From Eledone cirrhosa (Eukaryota), in assembly GCA_964016885.1 (NCBI GenBank), contig OZ024746.1, forward strand, positions 83,824,001-83,888,000: 64,000 bases of DNA. The letters run 5' to 3'. The notes under the pieces are model-generated. The model did not search any database and was not told the DNA's origin. It worked only from the letters and a program-made list of their open reading frames with translations. The position numbers were made by a program, and so were the translations under genes. Positions 49,649 through 62,516 of the stretch are shown one piece after another (within the stretch, counting starts at the first letter, position 1; each line of letters opens with the position of its first letter).

Positions 49649-50129
49649 CTTTCCCTTCCACCAACTGCTGTAACTGTCGACCCATCAAAGGCGACCGGCT
49701 GCGACGTGTTACTTTCACCGATTTGCAATTCCGCGAACGAGGAGTTGGTGCAGCTGAAAGTGGGACAGCAAAGTTATCATTATCTCTCTTGGGAGTTTCA
49801 AAGATATTCTCTTTATTTTCTTTCTGTTGTGGTGTCTTTGGAAATGTGATGAGTTCAGGTCTTGAATTCCCTTTGACTGTTGTAGGATTATCTCTCTTTG
49901 GAGTGACCCAAGGATCTCTCGTATGCGGCACAGTAATATTTTCTTTGTTCTTTGGAAGTGGCTGTTCCCTATAGTCCACAGAGTATTCAGTAGCAACAGA
50001 CTTTTGTGGAACCCTTCTAACTGAAGTAGGAGTTTGTTCAAAATGGTTTGGGGGTCTGTCTTGTCTGTAATTTTGATTTCTGGAAAGTTCCAAAGAATGT
50101 TTTTCATCCATCCCATTCATGTTCCAGGA
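49649..50129 (-). CDS. MELK: MELK TP-rich linker exon
   Basis: tttcag|TCC; 481 nt in the frame of ORF 49557..50120; QTP, VTPKR, KTP, ETPKR, PTPR and three KEN motifs; donor G|gtgtgt gives phase 1, matching the next exon. Confidence 0.85.
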
Positions 50130-50904
50130 CTGAAAAGGAAAGCAGAAATAAACAAAAATAAAATAAATTACAGTGAATAAATTATTGTGTTGCTATATCA
50201 ACATGTGTACTTAATTGCTGATAATTTTAACACAACCCAACTATCACCATCATTATTTTCACATTTGATTTTCCATGCGAACATGGATTAGATGTTTTTG
50301 GAGGCAGTTTTTCTGGGATCAGATGCTCTTCCTGGTGCTAATCCTACTCTTTTTTTTAAAGGTACTGATAACATCAACTTTTTGAGCCATAGGACCTTTG
50401 TTTATGCAGTACACAAACAAACATCAATGCAAGTGGTGTTTTTTATGGTGTATTACATAAACAAACATCACTACTAATGGTGTCAAATGTGAAGCAAAGA
50501 TGAAGACACGCACACAATGGGCATTGTCCGGTCTCCATCTACCAAATTCACTCTTAAGACATTGATTAGCACTAGGCTATAGTAAAAGACATGCTCAAGG
50601 AGCCATAAAGTAGGACAACTTGAAACCAGATGGTTGTGAAGCACACAGACATGCCTGTACCTAATACCAGCAAATATGATGGAGCTGTAATGGCTGGAAT
50701 ACCTTTGATCATAGGTCTGCTGGATCAGAGCTGATCTGGGCTAAACATAGTTAAAAGATGGTCACAGGTGGTATGATTTTGATCAGAGGTATACCCAACC
50801 AAGACTGAACTAAACAATTCATCTACAAACATATCAATCAAAACTATATATAAATACATACATAAATTACAATACAACATAAGCAGTAACAAAATGTTCT
50901 ATGA

Positions 50905-51100
50905 GCCAACAAGGGAGCCTCTACAAGGTTGCTCTACCTGCTAGAAGTAGCATCCAAATCTCCCTCAAATCATCAAACACTACCATCTTAAAGAAATGAA
51001 GAATACATTGAACAATATATACTCAGATATGGGATTACCATAGCTGGAAAACCTTTGCTCATGTCTGTTTGATCAGGACTGAGCTTGAGCTAAACAACTC
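50905..51100 (+). repeat. Abundant unclassified interspersed repeat (ctgctagaa.tagcagccaaatctccctcaaatc..gatcagg.ctga....gctaaacaac)
   Basis: Recurs at 8165-8345, 11655-11815 (-), 37600-37790, 38170-38390, 45860-45990, 49160-49530, 54220-54440, 60375-60580 (-). Confidence 0.75.
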
Positions 51101-51203
51101 AACTCATATATGCAAAGAAAAAAAAGACATTAAATATATCCATTAATTATAAAATCTCAACAACAGTAGTAACACCACCAGTAACACCTCTCTTATAATT
51201 TAC

Positions 51204-51317
51204 CTTTGGATGTAAGGGTAGCAGTAAAGGCCGGGAATCATACAGGCGAAGAGGGAGACCTTTTATTTTTTTCTCAAGGAGAAGAAAATATGAACATGTC
51301 AAGTTGTCATATTTCCA
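51204..51317 (-). CDS. MELK: MELK UBA exon
   Basis: 114 nt; WKYDNLTCSYFLLLEKKIKGLPLRLYDSRPLLLPLHPK. Confidence 0.93.
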
Positions 51318-52215
51318 CTGTGGGATAGAAAAAACAAATCAGGTCAGTAGGTATAATACACATCATACAACACATGTTATAGTAAACAACATATAGCACA
51401 ACATAGCATAGAATAGACACAACATAGAGCAGGAAGATTGAAATTCTCATAATCACCACCATTGGCATCAACACTACACACACTAACCCTTGGTCACCCA
51501 CGTTATGCACACAGGTAGAAAAAAATGGAGTGGGATATAATGTGCAGCGTTATGTGGGAATTAGAAAACAAACAGCACACTAAAGAGTGACAAAACAACA
51601 ACAACAATAAAAACAGCAACTATAACAAGAATGGCAATAACAGCAACACCTACACAACAACAATAACTACAACAACAATGGCTGTGACTAATGTAAGAGC
51701 AAATAGTTAGGAATTACTGCGATCATTTTTGAAATGATGCTGACCAAGGAGAGAGATGTTTTTTGTTCTCTGCTAAGTTAGGGCAATAAAACTGCTGAAT
51801 ATAGGAGTCCAGTGGTACTGAAATGACTCATAAACAACACTACTCATACACATGCATACAAGCAAGCACACCATCCCAGACACATAAATGCAGGTAAAAA
51901 CACACACACTACTGATGACATATCTAATACAACATGACACACAACAAGACTAAATGCAACCACTCAGTACTTAACAGTAACATGCATACACTAACAGCCA
52001 TCAATGATAAATTTCAACATTTCTCTTTGAAGCTAAAATCACCACAGCAATCTCCAGAAACACACACACACTTCCTTCCCTCCAGGTTTAGAGATCTTAA
52101 AAAGGATCATGGACACTGCTCTTCTCTCCTTGAGTGAACATCATCATCATTGTATTAACATCCATTTTTCTATGATCTTATGCAGTAGATAGTAAAAAAA
52201 AAAGATGCAACTTAC

Positions 52216-52296
52216 CTCTGTTATCATATTTATCATTCTGCTTCGTGAAGTACCTTTGAAGACAGCAAGTTCAATGAGACAATCTTCATCTATTTC
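52216..52296 (-). CDS. MELK: MELK UBA exon
   Basis: 81 nt; EIDEDCLIELAVFKGTSRSRMINMITE; donor gtaagt. Confidence 0.92.
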
Positions 52297-52953
52297 CTGT
52301 TGAAATAAAGAAATGTTCATTGAGTAAACAAAGTGAACTGATTTATGTAAAACTTGTCATTTCCTCACCAATTTCATTTTAATAATAAAACAATATTAAA
52401 ATAAGAAATTATAAAGAAAATCATTGTATATAAGCATATACCATTGTTCATCTTTTTTATGTCAACTTTTCCATGTTAGCTTGGGTTGAACTGGACTTTT
52501 TCAGGCAATGAGCCAGTTGCCCTACCTGATACTAATTCTTTTAGTTGCTTTTATGACATGCAGGGATATGGTGTAATATATATTTTTGTGTGTGTCCAGT
52601 TTAGAATAAGTACACTACATGTGGTACCAAAATGACCAACAGACAGGTTGGACTGGGTACTTTTTGTCATGTCACCAATATGACCCCTTTACAGTGTGGA
52701 CTGGGTGCTTTTTGTTGTTACCAGCATGACCCCTTTACAGTGTGGACTGGGTGCTTTTTGTCGTGTCACTGACATGACCACTTTACAAGGTGGAATGTAA
52801 AGTGGTTTTGTATAAACCAATTATGAAAAAGCTTAAGAGAGAGGGTAACGGCTACATAGGATTAGAGTACAAGACATGGGTATACAGGTGTATAAGATCA
52901 CAAAAAAAAATACTGATATGTATAGATATAAATTATATAGAGCAAAAGTCTAC

Positions 52954-53118
52954 CTGATTTTGTGGTTTCCAATCCACTGGTTTCCCATCTCGACACACCC
53001 ATGGATGGTTAAGCAAATGCCGCATAGAAATTCTACGCATTGGATTCACCTGGAGTAACTGGTCGATAATCTCAATACTTCCTGCAGACAACCATGGTGG
53101 CACAGAATATTTACCGGA
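52954..53118 (-). CDS. MELK: MELK end of kinase domain
   Basis: 165 nt; SGKYSVPPWLSAGSIEIIDQLLQVNPMRRISMRHLLNHPWVCRDGKPVDWKPQNQ. Confidence 0.93.
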
Positions 53119-53174
53119 CTAACATGAAAAAGTGGAATACAATTTCCATTAATCAAATGAATAATGAATTTCAA

Positions 53175-53660
53175 CATAAGCACATGAGACTAAAATGTCT
53201 ATGTGAGGTACATGTATTTCTCAAAGCGAATTAATGTTAGGACATTGAGGCTTGAATAAGTGTATGCGGTACATGTTTTTAATCTTTAACACACTCTAGG
53301 CAACATAATGCGCTGATAGAGTAATCTCCCCTTAATACATATTGTAGCGTCAAGGGAAACAATTCATAAAACTTTCTAGTATGCTAAAGAATAAGAGAAT
53401 TAGCAATGGGACAATGAAGTTAAAACATGTAAGTGAAGTACATATATCTCTCAAAGAGAATTAGCTATGGGACATTGAGGCTTGATAAATGCATCTAAGA
53501 GAATTAGCAATGAAGTTAAAATGTGTATCTGAGGTACACGTGTCTCTCTAAAAGAGTTAGCAATGGGACATTGAGGCTACAATGAGATACATGTACCTGT
53601 CAATAAGAATTAGTAATGGCACATTGAGGCTATATTGAGTGTGTCAAGTGCATGATTCTC
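53175..53660. repeat. Degenerate ~55-60-bp tandem repeat
   Basis: Recurrent gaggtacatgt.tctctcaaagagaattagcaatgggacattgaggct. Confidence 0.75.
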
Positions 53661-53679
53661 TGGAAGGTATTATCAATGC

Positions 53680-53857
53680 ACTGTATATACTTGAATATAA
53701 GCCAACAACCCTCCTCATTTTATGTCTGAAAAATGGGAAAAAATCCAAACACTATTTATAAGCTAAGGCAGCTAATCAATACTGTTTAGATGGCGTATAA
53801 AAGCGGACATCAAATGATGATGATGACTCTATGGCTTATATTCGAGTATATATGGTA
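53680..53857. mobile_element. Tc1/pogo-like MITE
   Basis: TIRs ACTGTATATACTTGAATATAAGCC / GGCTTATATTCGAGTATATATGGT. Confidence 0.7.
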
Positions 53858-54444
53858 AATATATTACCATGATAATTCAAATAGAACAAGAACACTTGAA
53901 ATTAATATAGTGCCTTCACCAGTTGCCTTTAAAGACAAGATCCAATCCATTCATGATTATGTTATGTTATGTTATGTTTATTTTCCAAAAATTTGGATTA
54001 GTTTCATCATCATCATCGTATAACGTCTATCTTCCATGCTAGCATGGGTTAGTTTATATTACTGAAGGTTGTTTTTAAATTTTAAACACTCCTAGAGTGA
54101 GTTTTTGTCTTTTAATCTCAATAAATCAAAGGTTTTCAACTCATTATATTACATATGTGAGACTAATAAGGTAAAAATTGCTACACATAATCAGTACTTC
54201 AAATCAGATCTCAATTTCAAAATTAGCTTACCAGGAATTTTTACCTATTCTAGTAGGAGCCAGCATGAGAGCCTATATATGATCTCTTAACTCATAAATC
54301 TTACCATCGTAAATAAGGAAAGGACATATTAGGTAATGTTGTCACTTATATAACTCTTAGCCTAGAAGGCCAAAACATCATTTAAAAAAAAATATATAAT
54401 AGAATGACATTTAAAGGTTAGACAGGTTGTCACAGATCAAGTCA

Positions 54445-55245
54445 GTAAGTACTATGAGGAAAGTTTGACTAGTACTATTGGGGAAAGTTTGACAAGTACT
54501 ATTGGGGAAAGTTTGACAAGTACTATTGGGGAAAGTTTGACAAGTACTATGCAGGGAAGTTTGACAAGTACTATGGAGGGAAGTTTGACAAGTATTATGG
54601 AGGGAAGTTTGACAAGTACTATGGAGGGAAGTTTGACAAGTACTATGGAGGGAAGTTTGACAAGTACTATGGAGGGAAAGTTTGACAAGTACTATGCAGG
54701 GAAAGTTTGACAAGTACTATGCAGGGAAGTTTGACAAGTACTATGGAGGGAAGTTTGACAAGTACTATGCAGGGAAGTTTGACAAGTACTATGGAGGGAA
54801 GTTTGACAAGTATTATGGAGGGAAAGTTTGACAAGTACTATGCAGGGAAGCTGGACAAGTACTATGGAGGGAAGTTTGACAAGTATTATGGAGGGAAGTT
54901 CGACAAGTACTATGCAGGGAAGTTTGACAAGTACTATGGAGGGAAGTTTGACAAGTACTATGGCGGGAAGTTTGACAAGTACTATGGAGGAAAGTTTGAC
55001 AAGTATTATGGAGGAAAGTTTGACAAGTATTATGGAGGAAAGTTTGACAAGTACTATGGAGGAAAGTTTGACAAGTATTATGGAGGAAAGTTTGACAAGT
55101 ACTATGGAGGAAAGTTTGACAAGTATTATGGAGGAAAGTTTGACAAGTATATGGGGGATGTTTGAGAAGTACTATGGAAGAAAGTTTGACAAGTATTATG
55201 GAGGAAAGTTTGACAAGTATATGGGGGATGTTTGAGAAGTACAAG
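54445..55245. repeat. 24-bp minisatellite, ~33 copies
   Basis: Unit GTTTGACAAGTACTATGGAGGGAA with occasional 25-bp units; lies in a MELK intron. Confidence 0.97.
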
Positions 55246-55315
55246 AAGGAATGTTCAAGGTGTGCCAAGAGGATAGCTTGAGAAGACCAAAAAAGAAAGA
55301 AATATAAACAATTTA

Positions 55316-55447
<132 letters not shown>

Positions 55448-55549
55448 TTATATAATGTTACATAAATTTATGCATCAAAACATAGAAAACAGAAAGCATA
55501 TAGAAGATAGAATTGTTAATGTATAATGACATCTACTTAAAGAATGAAT

Positions 55550-55798
55550 GAGAGATGCTGAAGCACAGAACAGACTACTTGCATCAGTTGTTAGCTGTCA
55601 GGACACTACATCCTTCAAAACTTCCATGCTTCCCGAAATCTGCCACCACTACACCTGATATCCCCCCTCCATACACATGCACGCATCTAAGTGCGTGTAT
55701 ATCATAACTCATACACTGTTCCCTTTCCTGACATCTGTATATTCCATGTACTATTCATGCACCTGAGATCTGTATACAATAATTTTCATTATTATAAT
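55550..55798 (+). mobile_element. 5'-truncated copy of the same CR1-group LINE 3' end
   Basis: Aligns by eye with 33525-33910 (gttagctg..gacact..catcctt..ctacacctga..tccatacacatgcac). Confidence 0.85.
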
Positions 55799-56014
55799 TC
55801 TTGAAAAGAGAGAAATCAGAATAATCATACTGAATCCTTTCATTACCACATTTCTAATGAAATACTCTACCAATGTGTTTTGAATAAGTTTGAAAAATAA
55901 TCAAAAGTCTGGAGGTATTTGGTATTATAACAGACTTTCTCAAAATAAGGGTGGTGTTTGGAATATAACATAGGATTTTAAATAAAATGATGATGGAAGG
56001 TTTTTATATAAATA

Positions 56015-56184
56015 CAGATAAAATTCCCTTATAACAAATAGCATTATAACAATTTTTTGTCAATCCTCAAGGTATAACAAACAAATCCTCTATTTGTTTC
56101 GGTCGATCTCGTTATAAAGAATTTTTCGTTACAACAAATTTTTTTTTTATATCCTGTGAATTTCGTTATAACGGAATTTCACTG
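56015..56184. mobile_element. TA-flanked pogo/Tigger-like MITE
   Basis: TA|CAGATAAAATTCCCTTATAAC...GTTATAACGGAATTTCACTG|TA with internal cgttataa repeats. Confidence 0.75.
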
Positions 56185-56387
56185 TATAAACAATTTTGGA
56201 TCGTAGAACAAGCTGTGGTTTAAGAAGTTCACTTTGCAATCACATATTTCCAAATTTGATCCTAATGTGTGGTATCTTGGACAATTGTCTTCTACAATAA
56301 CCTCAGGTTAACCCACACGTAGTCTGTGAAATTGGGTAGGAATTTAAACATTTTTTTTAAAGGGAGTTGAAAAAATAGCTGAGTTAC

Positions 56388-56480
56388 CATATCTCCAAGA
56401 TATTCCTTGCCAGAAACCAGTTCAGGTGCAGCATATGCAGCACTACCACAAGGTGTGTAAAGATGGTGATCTATTCCACC
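56388..56480 (-). CDS. MELK: MELK activation-loop exon
   Basis: 93 nt; GGIDHHLYTPCGSAAYAAPELVSGKEYLGDM; donor gtaact. Confidence 0.95.
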
Positions 56481-56566
56481 CTAGAGAAAAGAAAAGAAAA
56501 ATAGAAATGGTAGGATAACTTTAAATAAAATAAAATAAAAAAAAACTAGCAAAATTACAAAATCAT

Positions 56567-56748
56567 GGATTGGCAGTATCAGTAGAGGGCCGGATGCCAT
56601 GCTTTGACGCATAGTTATGGCCCTTGCCATTCTGAGTTCAAATCCCGCCGAGGTTAACTTTGCCTTTCATCCTTACGGGGTCAATAAAATAAAGTACCAG
56701 TAATGCACTGGATATTTGTTGGCCTTGTGCCAAAAGTAGAAACAATTA
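56567..56748 (+). mobile_element. Same SINE family, young copy
   Basis: Near-identical to the reverse complement of 4243-4432. Confidence 0.88.
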
Positions 56749-57554
56749 ATATATAAGTATATGTGAGCATGTATGTATCTGGGTTAGAATAGGTACACCA
56801 CATATCCCTGTGTGCCATGAGAGGTGACTAAAAGGGTTAGCACCAGGAAGGGCATCCAGCTATAAAAACTTGTCCCCAAAAGGACACCATGTTATGGTGC
56901 CTGCAAGTCTAACCTCTGCTTTAGCAGGGAAAATTACCTTAAATGGATTGTTGTATGCATATATATATATATGTGTGTATGTATGTATATATATATACAC
57001 ACACACACACACATACCGTAAACAAATTATTATTATTATATCTCTAACTATCGTCTGGGATGTTATTTGTTTCCGCCTAGCCTAAAATATTATTCTGTAA
57101 CAAAATGGACACTGGTAAAATATAATGCGGAATTATTGTTCATCGTCCTTCTCTCTTAGGATAACCCTAATGTAGACCTTTGTTTTCCGATGCAACAGAT
57201 TCCAAAGAATTTTTCTTTACACCCTTACGAAATTAGCTATAAAAAAAAAATCCCACACAAGGCCTTTCCTTGTTCATTCTTCCCCCAACTCACATCCATG
57301 TCCTAGTAGAAATGTATGAGAGCAAAGATGAAATGTTTAGATTCCTTCGTACAGCAGATAAAAGTAGGTAGCCAACAAAACTTCTATATGTAAAACAAAA
57401 AAATTATTACTACTGTACCTAAAACTAGTTATTAATTCTCCTAAATATTGCCTAGACATTTCTTTTTACTTTGTAGCGCATCCTGGACACCATTTAAATC
57501 CCACCCACCCTATCGGTATACCTTGCAATGTCGACTTGGTGGGTGAGGGCTTAC

Positions 57555-57623
57555 CTTAGGTTTAGCACAAAGTCCAAAGTCAATGATTTTAACATTGTGA
57601 TGTTCATCCAGTAAAATGTTTTC
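57555..57623 (-). CDS. MELK: MELK kinase exon (DFG)
   Basis: 69 nt; ENILLDEHHNVKIIDFGLCAKPK (DFGLCAKPK is MELK-typical). Confidence 0.96.
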
Positions 57624-58597
57624 CTGTATAAGAAACAATTGGAAGTAATAAAAATTACTGTTTATACGATTACTATATATACATCACATTATCATCATCA
57701 CTGTTTAACACCTATTTTCAATGATGGCAGGGATTAAATGGCTGTCATATTCTGAGGCTTGATCTGTCAGGTGACAAGGTCCTGCTTGTACACTTCGTTT
57801 TGGCTTGGTTTCTATGGCTGGATGCCCTTCCTAATGCCAACCACTTTACAGCATCTACTGGGAGCAGTATATTGTGGTGCTGACAATATTTCTACAGAGC
57901 AGACTGGGTGATTTTGCTGTGGCACTAGCATGCACACACACACACATACATATATATATACATGTACTCGGTAGTGGCATCTTTGGCAAATGTTATTTAC
58001 TATAACCTTGGGTCAACTTATACTTTGTTAGTGAAATTGAGTAGAGAGAAACTGTTTAAAAGCCTGTCAACTGGACTGTACCTGTAATTCAAAGGGTCAG
58101 TGTTGTGGTCTTGAACAAAACACTTCATTTCCTATTGCACCAGTATACTCAGCTGAAAATGACTACCCGCAATAGCTAAGAGTTTAACTCTGATATCGAC
58201 TGGCATCCTGTCCAGGAGGAAGTCTTGTACTCTCAGTCGCTTCACGCCATGGAAACTAGAATAAGCTGCAGCCTGATGAGCCTCTGGGCTCAAGGCAGAC
58301 TTTAGACATGTGTCTAGAGTGCTCAGCTATTTACATATTAATTTTATGAGCAGTCTGTTCCATTGATTGAACAACTGGAATACTCATAGTTGGAACTGAT
58401 AAAGGATCATTCAGACATACTTATAAAAATTGTCAAGACAGGAAATGTTTTGATAAAAAATCTGCTCAATCTGAGTTTGATCTGAAGCTAAACATCAACA
58501 CAATGACTCTAATAAAGTTTGATCTTATAACCATACAATTAGTGGAATGAGAAAATTAATTAAAAACATAGTGACTTATTAAAAAAGAACATCTTAC

Positions 58598-58741
58598 TGG
58601 TTTCAGATCCCGGTGAGCATAGCCTTTGGAATGGATATATGCCATTGCAGAAACTATCTGATGAAAGAAATTCTTTGCCTCAGCTTCTGTCAGTCGGTCT
58701 TTGGCAACAACATAGTCAAACAGTTCACCTTCTGGACAATA
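58598..58741 (-). CDS. MELK: MELK kinase exon (HRDLKP)
   Basis: 144 nt; YCPEGELFDYVVAKDRLTEAEAKNFFHQIVSAMAYIHSKGYAHRDLKP; donor gtaaga. Confidence 0.96.
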
Positions 58742-59769
58742 CTGGAATTTTAAAAAAATGACCAATTAAGTAGATAAATGAGAACTTCATTATAATTATT
58801 ACAAACACATGTGTAACAGATACAAATACTATAGTTTGAAGATATTACCTATAGTCACATTTCTAATGATGTACAGAAAAGAGAAACAATCACATCATGG
58901 AAGAGTTATTTTAGCCCTGAGGTTCTCAAACTTTTGGGGCCTCAGCACCCTCAACTCTATTTCCAGAGAGACCTGCTTAGACACAAATTGTAAATAATAT
59001 ATAAAATCGTTAATTTATATATAATAAATAATATATTATATATATTTTATTTTACTATATTTATATACAATATGTATTTGATATTTAATATACTATATCA
59101 TCTTTACCGCCCCCTTAGGCCCCAGTGCCCCCCCCCCCCCCCGAAAATTCACTATAATATCAAATTCCCCAAACACCTGTTATCAGAGAAGTTTACTGTG
59201 TTTGTGTATGTTTATATCTGCTTTATATGCTGACATAAGTTGGATGGGTTGTCACGGTCCAAGACTAAAAGTGTCGGAAAACTGTGTCTATATTTTGGCA
59301 TGGTTTCTACAGCTTGATACCCTTCCTAATGCCAACCAGTTTGCAGAGTGTACTGAGTGTATTTTTCATGGCCCTAACATGACTACAGAGTATTCTGAAT
59401 ACATTTTATCATGGTACCAGCACTATCACTTTACAGAATGACTGGGTGCATTTCATCATTACACTATCAGTGCCACTTTACTGAGTGTACTGGGTGAATT
59501 TTATTGTGTCACCAGTTTAATGTCTATTCTCGATATTTGTATGGGTTAGACAGGCTGTCATGTTCTATGACTAGACTAGGCAGATGACCATTTCTTTTTC
59601 ATACATTCTTTTTGGCATGGTTTCAATGACCTTCCTAATGCCAACCCCTTTACAGCATATCATGGGAGTATTTTATCAAAGGATTAACATTACCACTCTA
59701 CAACAACTGGGTACTTTTTATTGTGGCACCAACACTACCACTTTACAATTAATCACTAACATAATATAT

Positions 59770-59932
59770 CAAGACATGGTTGTGTGTTTAAGAAGTTTGT
59801 TTTGCAACCACATGGTTTCCGGTTCATTCCCACTGTATAGCATGCAGTGCAAGTGTCTTCTACTATTGCCTCAGGTTGACTAATGCCTTGTGAGTAAAAT
59901 TTGGTAAACGGAAACTATGTGGAAGACTGTTA
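59770..59932 (+). mobile_element. Third SINE family (aaccacatggttccgggttca..caagtgtcttctactat)
   Basis: Recurs at ~39040-39135 (-), 45150-45250, 50520-50660 (-), 56205-56345, 63875-63980. Confidence 0.75.
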
Positions 59933-60183
59933 TATACACATATATATTTATGTTAATAAAATAAGGCTTCAACTTGAAAAAATATATACTGGAGTCAATA
60001 TGATTGTCTAAATCTATTGAGTATTGTGCCCTAGCATGATTGCAGTCTAAGGATTGAAATTATTAAAAGAATTATATATCAAGTTACAGATACTTTATTA
60101 AATTCCAAAATCTTGATTACATTGTAAATCGATTAAAACACAAAGGTAGTCAACTCATTAGAAATATAGTGACAAAAAGGTCA

Positions 60184-60306
<123 letters not shown>

Positions 60307-61072
60307 CTATATAATTGAAGAAAAAAAAGAGATAAGAATATATTTAACTAATTTGGTAACGTGTAGAAGTCATATTTGTTTAGCCTCACATCAAGCTTAG
60401 TCAAAGAAACCTATGATCAAAAGGTATTCTAATCATGAATCTCTCATCTTTTTGTATATCCAGGACTACATTGTCCAATGTTTCGTTCCTTTTTTAAAAG
60501 TATTCGGGTTTGATTTGAGAAAGATCTGGCTGCATTTCTAGCAGGTCGAACAACCGCATTAACAACCTCCTCATTAGTTCAATAGGTACAGACGTAAAAC
60601 AGACAATTAGATAAAGAATTGATTCAGTACTTCGTAGGTTGAAGGTTCTGAACCCAACACTTTATTTCATATTGCTTTGGTTCTCCAAGTAGTCAAAAAT
60701 AAGTCCCAGATCTTTCTGGGGAAAAAGTAAACAGAGCTAATTATCCAGTCATATATATTTAAGTAATTAACCACAAATTAATAAGGAAACTATATGCTGC
60801 ATATGCCAGCATATAGGGCAACTGTTTAACCTTAAAAAATTTCACCTCATCAAAAATAGGGGTCATGTTGAATTCTAGGTATAAAGTGTGATCCTTAAAT
60901 CATGTGGGATGATTCACCTATACTTTATACAAATTGATCAGACATTTTATCTCATATAAATTGAATATATAAAATATCTGTTCAATTTATATAAAGTTTT
61001 TATTTACTAAACTGTAAATTGTAAGCACTGCAAATGTTAGTTGGAAGCAAGCAGTGCAAGCTTATTGACTCA

Positions 61073-61264
<192 letters not shown>

Positions 61265-61479
61265 TTAGGATACAAATTGAAAACCCCCCATGAGCTCAGA
61301 AACTGAGGTGTTGGTCTAGTCACTCAGCTATGTGGTCATGTATGTGTATGCATTGTTACTTGCTTCCTCAACAAAATACCACATCAGTTATCCTTGGTGC
61401 TGTGAAAAAATGCATCATAAACCATCACCCACCTGGTGGGATGCATGTGAATGGACAGATATCCAATGAAATAATAATA

Positions 61480-61900
61480 ATGATAATAGTGATTGTAGGA
61501 GCACTAGGAATGATTAAAAAAGAATTGAGAATGATCTCTGGCTTACTATCTCTGCAAGAAGAGCAAAGAATTGTTTTAACTGGTACACATTGAGAAGAGC
61601 ACTATAGCTGAGAATGATAATCCTTGATATAATAACATTTTTTTACATAACTTTATTTGATTATATTCCATAATTATGTAAGTTATAAATAATCAAGCAC
61701 TCTTATATTTTGTTGTAAATATGATTTTAAACAGATAATGTGCACATGTATAAAGCAAATGATATACTCGGAACTGTCTAAAGTGTGTGACTTGAACAAT
61801 CTGGCATATTTAATTTTGGCTTATCAATGTATACAGTGAATTTCTTGGCCCTAGGTGTCATGAAGACACTCAGCAAGAAATGGAAACAACATTGAAGGAA
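61480..61900 (+). mobile_element. R4/Dong-like (RLE) non-LTR element 3' end
   Basis: IVIVGALGMIKK..ISGLLSLQEEQRIVLTGT..LRRAL resembles the C-terminus of R4-clade ORFs. Confidence 0.6.
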
Positions 61901-62169
61901 GAGAAAAAACACAAAATATTAATGGTTTCATATTTAGGCACAGGGCTAGCAATTTGGGGTGAAGGGGAAGGCAATTATATCAACCCAGTACTTAATTGGT
62001 ACTTTATTTTATCCACTCCTTAGTATATAATTTTTGCTTGCCTCAGTTTTACTTCACTCTTACTTCAAAGTTGAACATTATTCACCACACACATGCTTTA
62101 TTCTTTGTGTCTGTTGTCCTCTAGTTGAACAATACAAAAATGTAAATTCCTTTTTGTAAATGCATTTAC

Positions 62170-62215
62170 CTACCCCCAATGTTCTCCTCAATCTTAACTT
62201 GCTATATATTCTCAT
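62170..62215 (-). CDS. MELK: MELK first coding exon
   Basis: ATG at 62215 with an in-frame upstream TAA; MRIYSKLRLRRTLGV-G|gtaaat; phase 1 joins the next exon to make the Gly loop LGVGGFGKV; probable acceptor at 62270-62271. Confidence 0.85.
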
Positions 62216-62516
62216 TACTATTTAAAATCCTTGGTTGAAAAATGTCTATGTTTTCAAAAGAAGTTTAGTCTAGAAATGTCATTAATCTCTTCTCCATATG
62301 ATATACAAATATATCCAAACTATTGAACTTTACTATCTAAATCCTAAACAAAGGAACTCTGAGACAAGCAGAGCTATGTACCTTGAATCAGCAAATAATT
62401 CTGATTGTCTCAACTTGCCCTAATTAACAAGCAACAACTGCCATGCTAATGATGCTTAAATGGTAGTTTACAGTAATAATGGCATCCAGCTGTAAAAAAA
62501 ACCCAAAAAAGGGAAT

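Noticed and set aside
54411-55268. ORFs with GKFDKYYG or TSTMEGSL repeats; CRISPR-like look
   Set aside because: Pure tandem minisatellite without unique spacers, broken by 25-bp frameshifting units, inside a eukaryotic intron
58270-58300. CTGATGA-GCC-loop-GGC
   Set aside because: Not followed by GAAA; part of a SINE tail
58730-58732. MELK hinge GAA (YCPEGEL) could be edited to GGA, restoring YCPGGEL
   Set aside because: The 5' neighbour G is disfavoured by ADAR, no pairing partner was seen, and nothing in the DNA supports it
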